Origin: a virus
Lineage: Duplodnaviria > Caudoviricetes
Direction: 5' to 3' (one strand)
DNA: 64,000 nt
IMG/VR virus record: IMGVR_UViG_3300033066_000581
Span: 29,272 to 93,271 of that record
Shown: in pieces, positions 18,612-28,561 of the stretch
Layout: each line of letters starts with the position of its first letter
Position numbering within the stretch: position 1 is the stretch's first letter
The notes under the pieces: model-generated
Told to the model about the DNA's origin: nothing
Database searches by the model: none
The model's input: only the letters and a program-made list of their open reading frames with translations
Translations under genes and position numbers: made by a program

Positions 18612-20312
18612 ATGGCAACTAGCCGCGACTTTGTAGTCAAAAATGGCCTTGTGGTCAATAACCAGATCAACGTAGCCACCGGTGTGTACGTTGGGGCAAA
18701 CGTTACGATCAACACGACAGCTATCGTGATCGGTAACTCAACCGTTAACACCGTCATCAACTCATCCTCGATCACTGCCCCAGCCCAAGCTTATACCAAC
18801 ATCAGCGTTTCAGATACCGCTAACGTTGGGTCTAACGTTTCCGTCAACACCTCTGCCCTTTTCATCGGCAACTCGACCGTCAACACGACAGCCAATTCGT
18901 CGACAGTCTCCACCGGGGCTGGGTCATTTTCTGCCAACATCTCCGTGGGGTCTAACGTTAAGATCTCCACAGTTGGTACGTCGTGGGGTAACGCAACAGT
19001 CAACGTTGTGGCCAACTCGGTTGCATTGAAGCTTTCGAACTCAACATCCAACATCACGATCTCTGTCCCTGCAGCAGCAGACGTCTCAGCAACGAACGTC
19101 TTCTTGCATGCCAACGGTTCGTACGTCGCAGTAACGTCAGGTGGGGGATCCGGAACTCCAGGTGGATCAAACACGTACGTACAGTTCAACGATTCTGGTG
19201 CGTTTGGCGCTACTGCGGGACTAGTATTCAACAAGACTACGAATACGGTATCCTTTGGCAATACTACGGTTAACTCAACCGTCAACTCAACAGCTGTTGC
19301 CTACACAAACTCCACAATAACAGCGTCATATAGCACCCTAGGATTCAGCTTTGGTAATACTACAGCCAACGCCATAATGAATACAACTTCCTTGGTGTTT
19401 GGCAACACAACAGTAAATGCCTCGATGAATACCTCAGTTCTTACTATAGGAACTGCTGCAGTTACGACAAATAGCGCTGTAGGAGCCAACGTCTATTCAA
19501 ACACGACTGCCAGCTTTATTGGCAACTCAACAGTCAATACAGTACTTACTAGCACGGGATTGGTTATCTCCGGAAACCTGAGCGTCAACTCCACTACGTT
19601 TACCGTCGGTAACTCAACAGTCAATACAACTGCCAACTCATCATCGCTGTCGATCATCACTATTGCGGCTTCGAACACGGTTTCTGTTGGAGCGAACGTT
19701 GTCATCACCACATCAACCATAAACCTAGGTAACTCCACGGTTAATGCCGTAATCAACTCCACTGGATATTCTCTGCCGGCCGTTGGGGTTATGGCCATCG
19801 GTAACTCCACGGTTAACGTGTCTTCCAACTCTACGGTGTTGTCTGCTGCAGCCTTATCAATCGCCGCTAACGTATCGGTCGGAGCCAACTTATCGGTCAA
19901 TACATCGACCATTACTATAGGCAACTCCACCATCAATTCTACCGCCAACTCCACGGTAATCAAGAGCGGAGAAATCCGGGCTACTGGTGAATTGATCTCC
20001 TCATATTCTGATATTAGATTAAAGAAGGACATCGAGCTAATCGACAACGCCTTGGAAAAGGTGAAAAGTCTCAGAGGCGTTTATTTCAGACCAAACGATT
20101 TGGCGGTTTCATATGGATATGAAGACATCAGACATGTGGGATTAATTGCCCAAGAGGTCCAGGCAATTCTTCCAGAAGTCATCCGCCAGGCCCCCATCGA
20201 TGGTGACTATATCACCATTCTATACGCAAACCTTGTAGCACTGTTGGTGGAATCAGTTAAAGAGCTTGCTGAAAAGATCGAAAATAAGTCATGTGCGTGT
20301 GGGTGTAACTAA
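18612..20312 (+). CDS. Tail fibre with GNSTVN repeats and C-terminal peptidase S74 chaperone
   Basis: S|DIRLKKDI...GLIAQEV...Y autocleavage chaperone signature. Confidence 0.88.
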   Translation: MATSRDFVVKNGLVVNNQINVATGVYVGANVTINTTAIVIGNSTVNTVINSSSITAPAQAYTNISVSDTANVGSNVSVNTSALFIGNSTVNTTANSSTVSTGAGSFSANISVGSNVKISTVGTSWGNATVNVVANSVALKLSNSTSNITISVPAAADVSATNVFLHANGSYVAVTSGGGSGTPGGSNTYVQFNDSGAFGATAGLVFNKTTNTVSFGNTTVNSTVNSTAVAYTNSTITASYSTLGFSFGNTTANAIMNTTSLVFGNTTVNASMNTSVLTIGTAAVTTNSAVGANVYSNTTASFIGNSTVNTVLTSTGLVISGNLSVNSTTFTVGNSTVNTTANSSSLSIITIAASNTVSVGANVVITTSTINLGNSTVNAVINSTGYSLPAVGVMAIGNSTVNVSSNSTVLSAAALSIAANVSVGANLSVNTSTITIGNSTINSTANSTVIKSGEIRATGELISSYSDIRLKKDIELIDNALEKVKSLRGVYFRPNDLAVSYGYEDIRHVGLIAQEVQAILPEVIRQAPIDGDYITILYANLVALLVESVKELAEKIENKSCACGCN

Positions 20313-20968
20313 TGGTTCTTCAGGCTAGTGGCCAAATAAGCATGGGAGACATCGTTGCCGAGTTTGGCGGAGTTGCCCAGCATGCCTTATCAGAATACTA
20401 TAAGGGTGGAGCTTACGTTCAAAATATTGCGCAAAACGCAGCAGTACCTACGTCTGGCCAGATCAAACTATCAGATTTCTATGGCGCCGGTAATATTTCT
20501 GATCACACTAACACTATAGAAATGTACGCCGAATCTGAAAGCTATGCGATCCCCATAGGTGGTGGTGAGGGCGTGCCGGTGGAATATGGAACACATACCG
20601 ATGCCGGATATGCCAACTCGGTTATCGGGACACTACCACACTCAGCAGTAACTCCTAACCCCTACACCTACGCTGGTGGTACCGGCGGAGCCCAAACTAT
20701 CACAGTTCAATCTATCGTCTATTCAGGCAGTGAGATCGAAGCGTATACACTTCAGCTTCAACTAACATGCCCAACCACGATGAACACCGCTTCGAATACC
20801 ATCTTCAAATCCTTCTTGGATAGAGCATCAGGCGTTGTTTATGACAGAACTAGTACTGGTTTCACGATTTCACCAAACGGGACAACCGTGTATATCTCTT
20901 GGGACTCAAACAACACATTCTACGCCAACAATACGTTCTATCACCCCGTGATCACCAACACATACTAA
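20312..20968 (+). CDS. Fibre tip/adhesin-like protein
   Basis: N-terminal SGQISM..I..EFGG...LSEYY...SGQIKLSDFYG motif typical of genes following S74 fibres. Confidence 0.65.
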   Translation: MVLQASGQISMGDIVAEFGGVAQHALSEYYKGGAYVQNIAQNAAVPTSGQIKLSDFYGAGNISDHTNTIEMYAESESYAIPIGGGEGVPVEYGTHTDAGYANSVIGTLPHSAVTPNPYTYAGGTGGAQTITVQSIVYSGSEIEAYTLQLQLTCPTTMNTASNTIFKSFLDRASGVVYDRTSTGFTISPNGTTVYISWDSNNTFYANNTFYHPVITNTY

Positions 20969-20980
20969 GGAGAGTGACAA

Positions 20981-21724
20981 ATGGCAGTGCCAACCACACG
21001 GGATGAGTTTAGGGCTTTTTGCTTACGCAAATTGGGATTTCCTGTCATCGAAATCAATGTGGACGCAGATCAGGTAGAGGATCGCATCGACGAAGCCCTG
21101 AAGTACTATTATGACTACCATTTCGACGGTGCTGAGATGACGTATTACAAACATCAGATCACCACCACAGACATTACGAACAAATATATCACGCTCCCTG
21201 AGAATATCATCGGGGCGGTGAGGATCTTTCCATTGGGCGTTGGTGGCGGCGCCGGAAACGTGTTCTCTATGGAATACCAGATCTCGTTGGATGCCTGGGC
21301 TCAGATGTATGTCGGGGGCGGATTAGTTTCGTATTTCCTTAACAGACAAAACCTGGCGCTCGTACAGGAACTCCTGGTCGGCCAAAAGCCCATCAGATAC
21401 ACCAGACACAAAGATCGAGTCTACGTCGATATGAATTGGGATGCATCCCTGGAAAATCAATGGCTGATCGTTGAGGCGTATGAAATCGTTGACCCAGACG
21501 TGTATACAGATGCTTGGGGCGACCGTTGGTTGGCCAATTATACCACAGCTTTGATCAAGCGGCAGTGGGGGTCAAATTTGACCAAATTCGTTGGCATGCA
21601 ACTTCCTGGTGGAGTTACGTACAACGGCGAGAAGATTCTCGATGATGCGGTCAACGAGATCCGAGATCTAGAGCAACGCATGGCCATGGAATTCAGTTTG
21701 CCGCCATTAGACAGAACTGGATAA
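20981..21724 (+). CDS. 13: Neck protein gp13
   Basis: LRKLG.PVIEINV..DQVEDRIDEAL; KRQWG.NL.KF.G.QLPGG. Confidence 0.95.
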   Translation: MAVPTTRDEFRAFCLRKLGFPVIEINVDADQVEDRIDEALKYYYDYHFDGAEMTYYKHQITTTDITNKYITLPENIIGAVRIFPLGVGGGAGNVFSMEYQISLDAWAQMYVGGGLVSYFLNRQNLALVQELLVGQKPIRYTRHKDRVYVDMNWDASLENQWLIVEAYEIVDPDVYTDAWGDRWLANYTTALIKRQWGSNLTKFVGMQLPGGVTYNGEKILDDAVNEIRDLEQRMAMEFSLPPLDRTG

Positions 21725-21729
21725 TCATC

Positions 21730-22464
21730 ATCGTTACGTCAGTCTATTTTTCTAATTTTCAGAACTCACAAGAGCAACAACTCATTGAAGACCTAGTGGT
21801 GGAGTCAATTTCCCACTACGGTCACGATGTATACTATATTCCTAAAACTATAGTTGAGTTTGATGCAGTATACGGTGAAGACCCACTTTCAGTATACTCA
21901 AATCCGTGTCTTGTAGACATGTATATCAAGAACGTTGAAGGATTTGCCGGAGATGGTGACTTTCTCTCCAAGTTTAATATTCAGATCCGTGACCAAATTA
22001 CATTTACTGTTGCTCGTCGTAAATTTCAAGAAGACGTGGGTGCTTACGTAGACATCTCAAGACCCAGAGAAGGTGACTTGATCTATTTTCCGTTGAATGG
22101 AAAGCTTTTCCAAATCAAGTTTGTTGAGCATGAAGCCATCTTTTATCAGATGGGGTCTTTACAGACCTATGATATTCGATGCGAGCTGTTCGAATATTCT
22201 GGCGAACGACTTGAGACCGGCATCGATATCATCGATAACCTTGAAAAGAAGTATTCGACTTCCATGGATGTCTATGATATATTGACCGACGATGATCTAG
22301 TAATTACTGACTCTGATGGGTTTGCTATCATCCAATCAGCTTATGACCTTGAGACTCAGGTCGGAGATTCTTTCTCCGATACTGATGAACTACAGGCCGA
22401 GGCCGATGCGATCATTGATTGGACAGATGTCGACGTTTTCTCAGAAGGTGAGGCAGGTATCTAA
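21730..22464 (+). CDS. 14: Neck protein gp14 (probable non-canonical ATC start)
   Basis: FLSKF, PREGDLIYFP, CELFEYS; homology-like N-terminus extends upstream of the first GTG at 21796. Confidence 0.9.
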   Translation: MVTSVYFSNFQNSQEQQLIEDLVVESISHYGHDVYYIPKTIVEFDAVYGEDPLSVYSNPCLVDMYIKNVEGFAGDGDFLSKFNIQIRDQITFTVARRKFQEDVGAYVDISRPREGDLIYFPLNGKLFQIKFVEHEAIFYQMGSLQTYDIRCELFEYSGERLETGIDIIDNLEKKYSTSMDVYDILTDDDLVITDSDGFAIIQSAYDLETQVGDSFSDTDELQAEADAIIDWTDVDVFSEGEAGI

Positions 22465-23295
22465 ATGTTTACTGAAACCTTTTTCCACAACACCATCAGA
22501 AAATACGTAGCCCTTTTTGGCACACTGTTCAACGGGATCTATATCAACCGAGTTGACTCCAATGACGAAACTATCCAAAGCCTTAAGGTACCGTTAACAT
22601 ATGGACCCAAAGAAAAGATGCTGGCCAGGCTGTACGGTGACCCTGAACTCAACCGGGCTCCTGCTATAGTTCTTCCTATCATCTCATTTGAGATGGGGGC
22701 GTTAACCTACGATGGCAGCCGCAAAGCAACGACTCGTGGAAAATTTTACTCCGTTGCAGATTCAGCCAAATCCAGGAAGCTTTATCAGTACAACCCTGTA
22801 CCATATAACATTGACTTCACCGTATCCATCCTGGCGAAGAACCAGGCTGACGCCACGCGCATCGTAGAGCAAATTCTTCCGTACTTTACCCCAGAATTTA
22901 CACTATCTGCGACACTCATTCCTGAACTCGGCGTAGTACAGGACGTCCCAGTTGTGCTTACGGGCGTCTCACAGGAGGATGTGTACGAGGGAGATTTTGA
23001 TGGCCGCAGAACTATTACGTGGACACTCCAATTCACTCTGAAGGGATACCTTTACGGGCCCACGAAAAGAATTGAAGCAATCAAGACTGCCATCGTCAAT
23101 CTATTTCCAGTTTCTGGTGATATCGATGATGCTATCGGCAACGGGGTCGAATATGAAACCATCACAACAACTCCCGGATTAACAGCCAACGGCGAACCCA
23201 CCTCTAATTCATCTGCGTCTATTGGGGTGGCAAACATTGATGCAGATGATAACTATGGGTATATAATAGAGTTTGATGAGGAATTTGATGCGTAA
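22465..23295 (+). CDS. 15: Tail terminator/sheath stabiliser gp15
   Basis: RKYV.LFGTLFN, VPL.YGPKEK, EQILPYF.P. Confidence 0.95.
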   Translation: MFTETFFHNTIRKYVALFGTLFNGIYINRVDSNDETIQSLKVPLTYGPKEKMLARLYGDPELNRAPAIVLPIISFEMGALTYDGSRKATTRGKFYSVADSAKSRKLYQYNPVPYNIDFTVSILAKNQADATRIVEQILPYFTPEFTLSATLIPELGVVQDVPVVLTGVSQEDVYEGDFDGRRTITWTLQFTLKGYLYGPTKRIEAIKTAIVNLFPVSGDIDDAIGNGVEYETITTTPGLTANGEPTSNSSASIGVANIDADDNYGYIIEFDEEFDA

Positions 23296-23713
23296 TAGTA
23301 TGGCGAAGGTCTTGAATGTGACACCAGTAGTAATTACCACCAAAGATGATAGACAACTACCTGATATCCCAGCAATCAAGCTAACCGGGGAAAAACAGGA
23401 AGCCGTTGATATCATCGACGGGGCTAAGGAGTCCATCTTTGAGGTGATCAAGACTGGGGAAGGCGCTTTAGAAGCTGCAGCTGAAATTGCCGGCCAGTCC
23501 CAGAATGCTAAGGATCTTGAGGTTGTTGGTAAATTGATGGACAGCATCGTGAATGCCAACAAAGTTCTGGTTGATATCAGTAAGCGTAAAGTGGATATGC
23601 ATAAGCAGGAAGCCAACAACTCAACTGGCCCCATCGCCAACAATATCTTCGTTGGGTCGACAGCAGATCTATATAAGATGCTGCAAAAGATGGATGAAGA
23701 TAGTGCTGGATAA
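23288..23713 (+). CDS. 16: Terminase small subunit gp16
   Basis: Gene position; NNIFVGST.DL motif. Confidence 0.85.
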   Translation: MRNSMAKVLNVTPVVITTKDDRQLPDIPAIKLTGEKQEAVDIIDGAKESIFEVIKTGEGALEAAAEIAGQSQNAKDLEVVGKLMDSIVNANKVLVDISKRKVDMHKQEANNSTGPIANNIFVGSTADLYKMLQKMDEDSAG

Positions 23714-24605
23714 GCCTACAACCTATAACGGCAATATCAACCTCAAAAGATCAAACGTTGAGCAGACCTTTACTGCTGAAGAGATCTTTGAGCTGGCTAA
23801 ATGTCGTAAAGATCCAATCTACTTCATCAGAAAGTACTGTAAGATCATCAACGTCGATGCCGGGTTGATCCTGTTCGAACTTTGGGATTTCCAAGAAGAG
23901 ATGATCCTCAGTTTCGACGCCAATAGGTTCAATATAGCCAAGATGCCACGTCAGGTGGGAAAGACGACTACCGTGGCTGCGTATTTCATGTGGAAGGTTC
24001 TATTCTCTGAAAACTATTCGATCGCCATCCTGGCCCACAAGGCTGCTCAGGCCCGAGAGATCCTCGGTCGTATCCAACTGATGTATGAAAACCTCCCCAA
24101 ATATATGCAAGTAGGGGTCGTTATCTGGAACAAAGGATCGATCGAACTGGAGAACGGTTCCAAGATCATGACCGCCGCCACGTCCAACAACGGACTTCGT
24201 GGTGGGTCATATAACTGCATCTACCTCGACGAGTTTGCGTTCGTACCCAACAACATCCAGGAGGAATTCTGGGCTTCTGTGTATCCAACCATCTCGTCTG
24301 GTACGACAACCAAGATCATCATCACATCAACCCCGAATGGCCTCAACCTTTTCTATAAGATCTGGGTAGACTCGGAAGAGGACAGAAACAGCTACGTTAG
24401 AGTTTCTGTGCACTGGTCTAACGTTCCAGGAAGAACCCAGGAATGGGCTAAAGAACAGATCCGGAACACCTCTCAGGAACAGTTCAACCAAGAGTTCGAA
24501 TGTGTTGATGGGTCAACACTATTAACCATTTTAGATCGTGATACCGGAGTAATAATGGAGATTAGAGCAGATGAACTATGGGAATTTCTTAGTGTGAATT
24601 CATAG
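23694..24605 (+). CDS. 17: Terminase large subunit N-half (ATPase) plus 34-aa IntN
   Basis: PRQVGKTT Walker A, YLDEFAF Walker B, ITSTPNG; FNQEFE|CVDGST at 24501, then stop. Confidence 0.93.
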   Translation: MKIVLDKPTTYNGNINLKRSNVEQTFTAEEIFELAKCRKDPIYFIRKYCKIINVDAGLILFELWDFQEEMILSFDANRFNIAKMPRQVGKTTTVAAYFMWKVLFSENYSIAILAHKAAQAREILGRIQLMYENLPKYMQVGVVIWNKGSIELENGSKIMTAATSNNGLRGGSYNCIYLDEFAFVPNNIQEEFWASVYPTISSGTTTKIIITSTPNGLNLFYKIWVDSEEDRNSYVRVSVHWSNVPGRTQEWAKEQIRNTSQEQFNQEFECVDGSTLLTILDRDTGVIMEIRADELWEFLSVNS

Positions 24606-24609
24606 GATT

Positions 24610-24638
24610 TATAAATATTCTCTGTTGGAGGAGAATAT
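24610..24638 (+). promoter_or_regulatory. Late promoter TATAAATA plus RBS-sequestering hairpin of the GIY-YIG gene
   Basis: ATATTCTC(T)/(G)GAGAATAT stem at 24615-24638. Confidence 0.8.
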
Positions 24639-25239
24639 GCCAGTAGTATACAAAATTACAAGAACAGACGGGCTTGAATATATTGGAATTGCAATATCAT
24701 TTAAAAATAGGTTGGCGACCCATAGATTAAGTACTAGATTTTCTTCCGGAATACTAGAAAGCAAGATCTTGTATGAAGGAACATATCAAGAATGTTGGGA
24801 TAAAGAAGAAGAGTATATCAAAGAATATGACACATACAACAACGGTCTCAATCTAACTATTAACGGTAAGGGGATGAATCCTAAATCAACACTAGGATTC
24901 AAATTTTCGGCTGAAAGTAGACAGCGTATGTCTGAAGCTAAGAAAAATTACATCCCATGGAATGTTGGGAAAAAATATTCAATGTCAGAGGACGTTCGAG
25001 CCCGTCGAAAAGGAAAACGCTGCTCTTCAAAATTATCGATCGATGATGTGAAAAGTATCCGAGCTGAATATGAATTGCGCAATGATATCGAGTTGCTCAG
25101 TGCTGTTGGGACCATTGCAAAAAACGGAATTCCAATAACATATGAAATTGCATTCATCAATAAACACCACAAACGATATAATCTAACAACAACCGGAATG
25201 AAGAATATCTTAAGAAGAAAGTCCTGGGCAGATGTATAG
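24637..25239 (+). mobile_element. GIY-YIG homing endonuclease with NUMOD3-like repeats, inside split terL
   Basis: VVYKI...YIG...RL..H...E...N; PWN.G repeat; AT-rich; GGAGGAG SD. Confidence 0.88.
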
Positions 25240-26374
25240 ACGTAATAATCGATTTTCAATATTGACGCCTGATGGCTGGTCTGATTTTTCTGGGCTACAA
25301 AAGACCACTAAGCAACTTTCATATGTTGTAAAAACCAATGAATCTTCGCTTATTTGTAGTCAAAAACACCAATTATCGACGACGACTGGGTGGAAATTAG
25401 CAAAGGACTTGGTCATTGGTGATTTTGTTTATGGACAAGATAGTATTCAAGAAGTAAAATCTATAGATTTGGTTCATGGTAATAATGAATTCTATGAATG
25501 CATCGATGTAGAAAAGCAAAAACAATATTACACCAACGGATTACTATCACACAACTGCGAGTTCCTAGGCAGCTCGATGACTCTGATCAGCGCCGTTGTG
25601 TTAAGACGACTAGTTCACAGGAACCCGGTCGGGAACTTCAACACCATCAAGATCTACAAAGAGCCAGACCCAGCCGGAACCTATATAATTGTCGCTGACG
25701 TGGCCAGAGGTGTTGGCGGTGACTATTCAGCCTTCGTGGTCTTTGACGTAACCAAGTTCCCGTACCAGCAGGTGGCAGTCTATCGAAGTAACCTGGTCTC
25801 ACCGCTGATCTTCCCCAACTTCATCTTTTCTGCGGCCAAGCATTACAACAATGCACTGGTTCTGATCGAGACCAACGATATTGGTGGTCAGGTGGCAGAT
25901 ATCCTCCATTACGACCTGGAATACGAGGGAGTTATTTCATCAACTAACTCAGGAAGAGATGGACAGGTAGTAGGCGGTGGGTTCTCTGGTGGATTTCACT
26001 TTGGGGTTAGGACAACAAAGTCAGTCAAGCGAATCGGGTGTGCCAACTTCAAATCGTTGGTCGAAGGCGATCAGCTTATCATTAACGACTACCAAACCAT
26101 CTACGAGATGTCCAGATTTTCCCAGAAGGGCCAATCATACGAAGCCGAGGAAGGCCATGATGATATGGTTATGTGTTGTGTTCTGTTCTCATGGTTAACA
26201 AATCAGGCGTATTTCAAGGCTATTACTGAGAATGACGTCAGATTGTCGTTGTATGAGAAGAACGTCCAAATGATTGAAGAAGAGATGATTCCGTTTGGAA
26301 TATTCGATGACGGTAATGAGCCGGCGGAGAACATTGAACCTATGCCTGTTTATAAAGATGAATTCTCTTGGTGA
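25232..26374 (+). CDS. 17: Terminase large subunit C-half: 108-aa IntC plus nuclease domain
   Basis: LTPDGW...YYTNGLLSHN|CEFLGS; DVARG.GGDYSAF, E.ND, HDD.VM. Confidence 0.93.
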   Translation: MYRRNNRFSILTPDGWSDFSGLQKTTKQLSYVVKTNESSLICSQKHQLSTTTGWKLAKDLVIGDFVYGQDSIQEVKSIDLVHGNNEFYECIDVEKQKQYYTNGLLSHNCEFLGSSMTLISAVVLRRLVHRNPVGNFNTIKIYKEPDPAGTYIIVADVARGVGGDYSAFVVFDVTKFPYQQVAVYRSNLVSPLIFPNFIFSAAKHYNNALVLIETNDIGGQVADILHYDLEYEGVISSTNSGRDGQVVGGGFSGGFHFGVRTTKSVKRIGCANFKSLVEGDQLIINDYQTIYEMSRFSQKGQSYEAEEGHDDMVMCCVLFSWLTNQAYFKAITENDVRLSLYEKNVQMIEEEMIPFGIFDDGNEPAENIEPMPVYKDEFSW

Positions 26375-26397
26375 CAATTACCTAAGTTCTTGCATTC

Positions 26398-26405
26398 TAT
26401 AAATA
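26398..26405 (+). promoter_or_regulatory. Late promoter TATAAATA (gene 18)
   Basis: Exact consensus. Confidence 0.85.
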
Positions 26406-26442
26406 TCGGTAGAATATTCTACTCATATAGGAGCTCCATAAT

Positions 26443-28533
26443 ATGGCCTTTCCAGTGTCCGCAGGCGTAAACACTACAGAAATTGATCTTACAACAGTTC
26501 CGGCTGCAGTATCTACCACAGAAGGCGCAATCGCCGGGGTATTTCGTTGGGGCCCAATTGATAAGCTTGTCCTTATCGATCGTGAAGACACTCTAGTTAA
26601 TCGCTTCGGAAAGCCTACTAACCATAACCCAGAAACTTGGTTTGTTGCAGCCAACTTCCTATCATATTCAGATGGCATTTTCGTATCCCGTGCAGCCAAC
26701 ACATCAGACGCTACCGGAGCAAATGGTGTACTTTCTGCGATGGCCAACACTTCAGCCATCACTTCAAACCTGGTGCACCTGGTGAAGAATGAAGACGATT
26801 ATCTAACCAAGGAAGCTACGTTCGAATCAGGCGTTCAATATATCGCCCGTTGCCCTGGTGAGCTTGGCAACTCGCTGAAGATCTCGGTGTGTGATGCGGC
26901 TAACCAATACAGCTCAAATATCTCACTTATATTCACCGTATCATATACAAACTCAACCGCTTCTATCATTACATTCACCGTAGGCTCAAATACGGCAAAC
27001 GTTGTTCTGGTTGCATGCAACACAACCATCACCAACACAGACATGGCTGCAGCCGCAACGACCGTGCAATCACAGCTGGTTGTTGGTGATATTTTGCAAG
27101 CCGGTAACTCTAGCGTTGGTAAACAATTCGTTCGCATCACTAGCTTGGGTACAGTTGGTAACTCAGTCGTTAATTCAGTAGCCAGAGGGTTCTTCACTCT
27201 AGGGTTCGAGTCACTATATTCATTGTCAGCCAACGTGACAGACACTACAATCTATCGTAACTGGGAATATTATAACGCAGTCGACTCAGCTCCTGGACAA
27301 TCCAGCTACGTGGCCCAATTCGGTAATACGGTAGCCAACGATGAAGTCCATATTGTTGTTTCCGACGAAGATGGTAAGTTCACAGGCGTTCCAGGTACGA
27401 TCCTAGAGGTCTATAAGGGGCTATCTCGTGCTTCTGATGCTAAAACTTCAGATGGTGCAGTTAACTACTACAAGACGGTTATCAACAACAATTCACGTTA
27501 CATTTGGTACTCAAAGGATCGCACCAACGCGGTTTCAAACACCTCAGCCAAAATCGCATCGTCAACCAACTCCAAGCCCCTAACGGTATCATTCATCAAC
27601 GGTTCTGATGGTGACAATGAAACCAACGTTTCTGTTGGGGTCATCGCCACTGCATATGATAAATTCAGATCAGCTGAAGATATCGACGTGTCTCTACTCA
27701 TGGCTGGTAAGGCCAAGGGTGGTACCAATGGCGAACAAATGGCCAACTATCTGATCGACAACCTGGCCGAAGTCCGCAAGGATCTCGTCGTGTTCGTGTC
27801 TCCTGATAAGGATGATGTGGTAAACAACTCAGGTCGTGACGAATACAACGACGTTGGCGTGTTTAAGCAATCTCTGCGTTCGTCATCATATTACGTGATG
27901 GACTCTGGATACAAGTACCAATACGATAAGTACAACGACGTTTATCGCTATATTCCACTGAATGGCGATATCGCTGGCCTGGCGGCCCGTACGGATCAAA
28001 CCAATGATCCATGGTTCTCTCCAGGCGGTTTCAACCGTGGACAGATCAAGAACGTTGTGCGTCTGGCTTGGAACCCCAACAAGACCGATCGTGACTATCT
28101 CTACAAGCTGAACATCAACCCAGTCGTGACCTTCCCAGGTCAAGGAACTGTCCTGTACGGTGACAAGACTGGGCTATCTAAGCCATCCGCCTTTGATCGC
28201 ATCAACGTGCGTAGACTTTTCATCACCCTTAGAAAGGCCATCAGCCGCGCGGCAAACTTCACCCTATTCGAGTTCAACGATGAATTCACTAGAGCGCAGT
28301 TCCGTAGCATCGTTGAGCCGTTCCTGAGAGACGTTAAAGGTCGTAGAGGTATCACGGACTTTAGAGTGGTCTGCGACGAAACAAACAACACGGCCCAGGT
28401 TATTGATGCCAACCAATTCGTTGGTGATATTTACGTTAAGCCAAACCGTTCGATCAACTTTGTGCAACTCAACTTCGTAGCAGTCCGCTCTGGGGTAGAA
28501 TTCTCAGAAGTTGTCGGCTCTTTCAACGGCTAA
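26443..28533 (+). CDS. 18: Tail sheath protein gp18
   Basis: PWFSP.G.NRG, AFDRINVRRLF, KP.RSINF. Confidence 0.97.
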   Translation: MAFPVSAGVNTTEIDLTTVPAAVSTTEGAIAGVFRWGPIDKLVLIDREDTLVNRFGKPTNHNPETWFVAANFLSYSDGIFVSRAANTSDATGANGVLSAMANTSAITSNLVHLVKNEDDYLTKEATFESGVQYIARCPGELGNSLKISVCDAANQYSSNISLIFTVSYTNSTASIITFTVGSNTANVVLVACNTTITNTDMAAAATTVQSQLVVGDILQAGNSSVGKQFVRITSLGTVGNSVVNSVARGFFTLGFESLYSLSANVTDTTIYRNWEYYNAVDSAPGQSSYVAQFGNTVANDEVHIVVSDEDGKFTGVPGTILEVYKGLSRASDAKTSDGAVNYYKTVINNNSRYIWYSKDRTNAVSNTSAKIASSTNSKPLTVSFINGSDGDNETNVSVGVIATAYDKFRSAEDIDVSLLMAGKAKGGTNGEQMANYLIDNLAEVRKDLVVFVSPDKDDVVNNSGRDEYNDVGVFKQSLRSSSYYVMDSGYKYQYDKYNDVYRYIPLNGDIAGLAARTDQTNDPWFSPGGFNRGQIKNVVRLAWNPNKTDRDYLYKLNINPVVTFPGQGTVLYGDKTGLSKPSAFDRINVRRLFITLRKAISRAANFTLFEFNDEFTRAQFRSIVEPFLRDVKGRRGITDFRVVCDETNNTAQVIDANQFVGDIYVKPNRSINFVQLNFVAVRSGVEFSEVVGSFNG

Positions 28534-28561
28534 TATATAGAATACTAAAGGAGAAACGCGT

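Noticed and set aside
14122-20047. Many minus-strand ORFs over the fibre genes
   Set aside because: Shadows of repetitive G/S/T-rich coding sequence
15857-20968. Diversity-generating retroelement or invertible fibre cassette
   Set aside because: No reverse transcriptase, recombinase or template/variable repeat pair seen in the window
24603-24605. Stop-codon reassignment or terL pseudogene
   Set aside because: Core genes are intact under the standard code, all three stops are used, no suppressor tRNA is seen, and the C-half lies beyond a separate ORF with its own start
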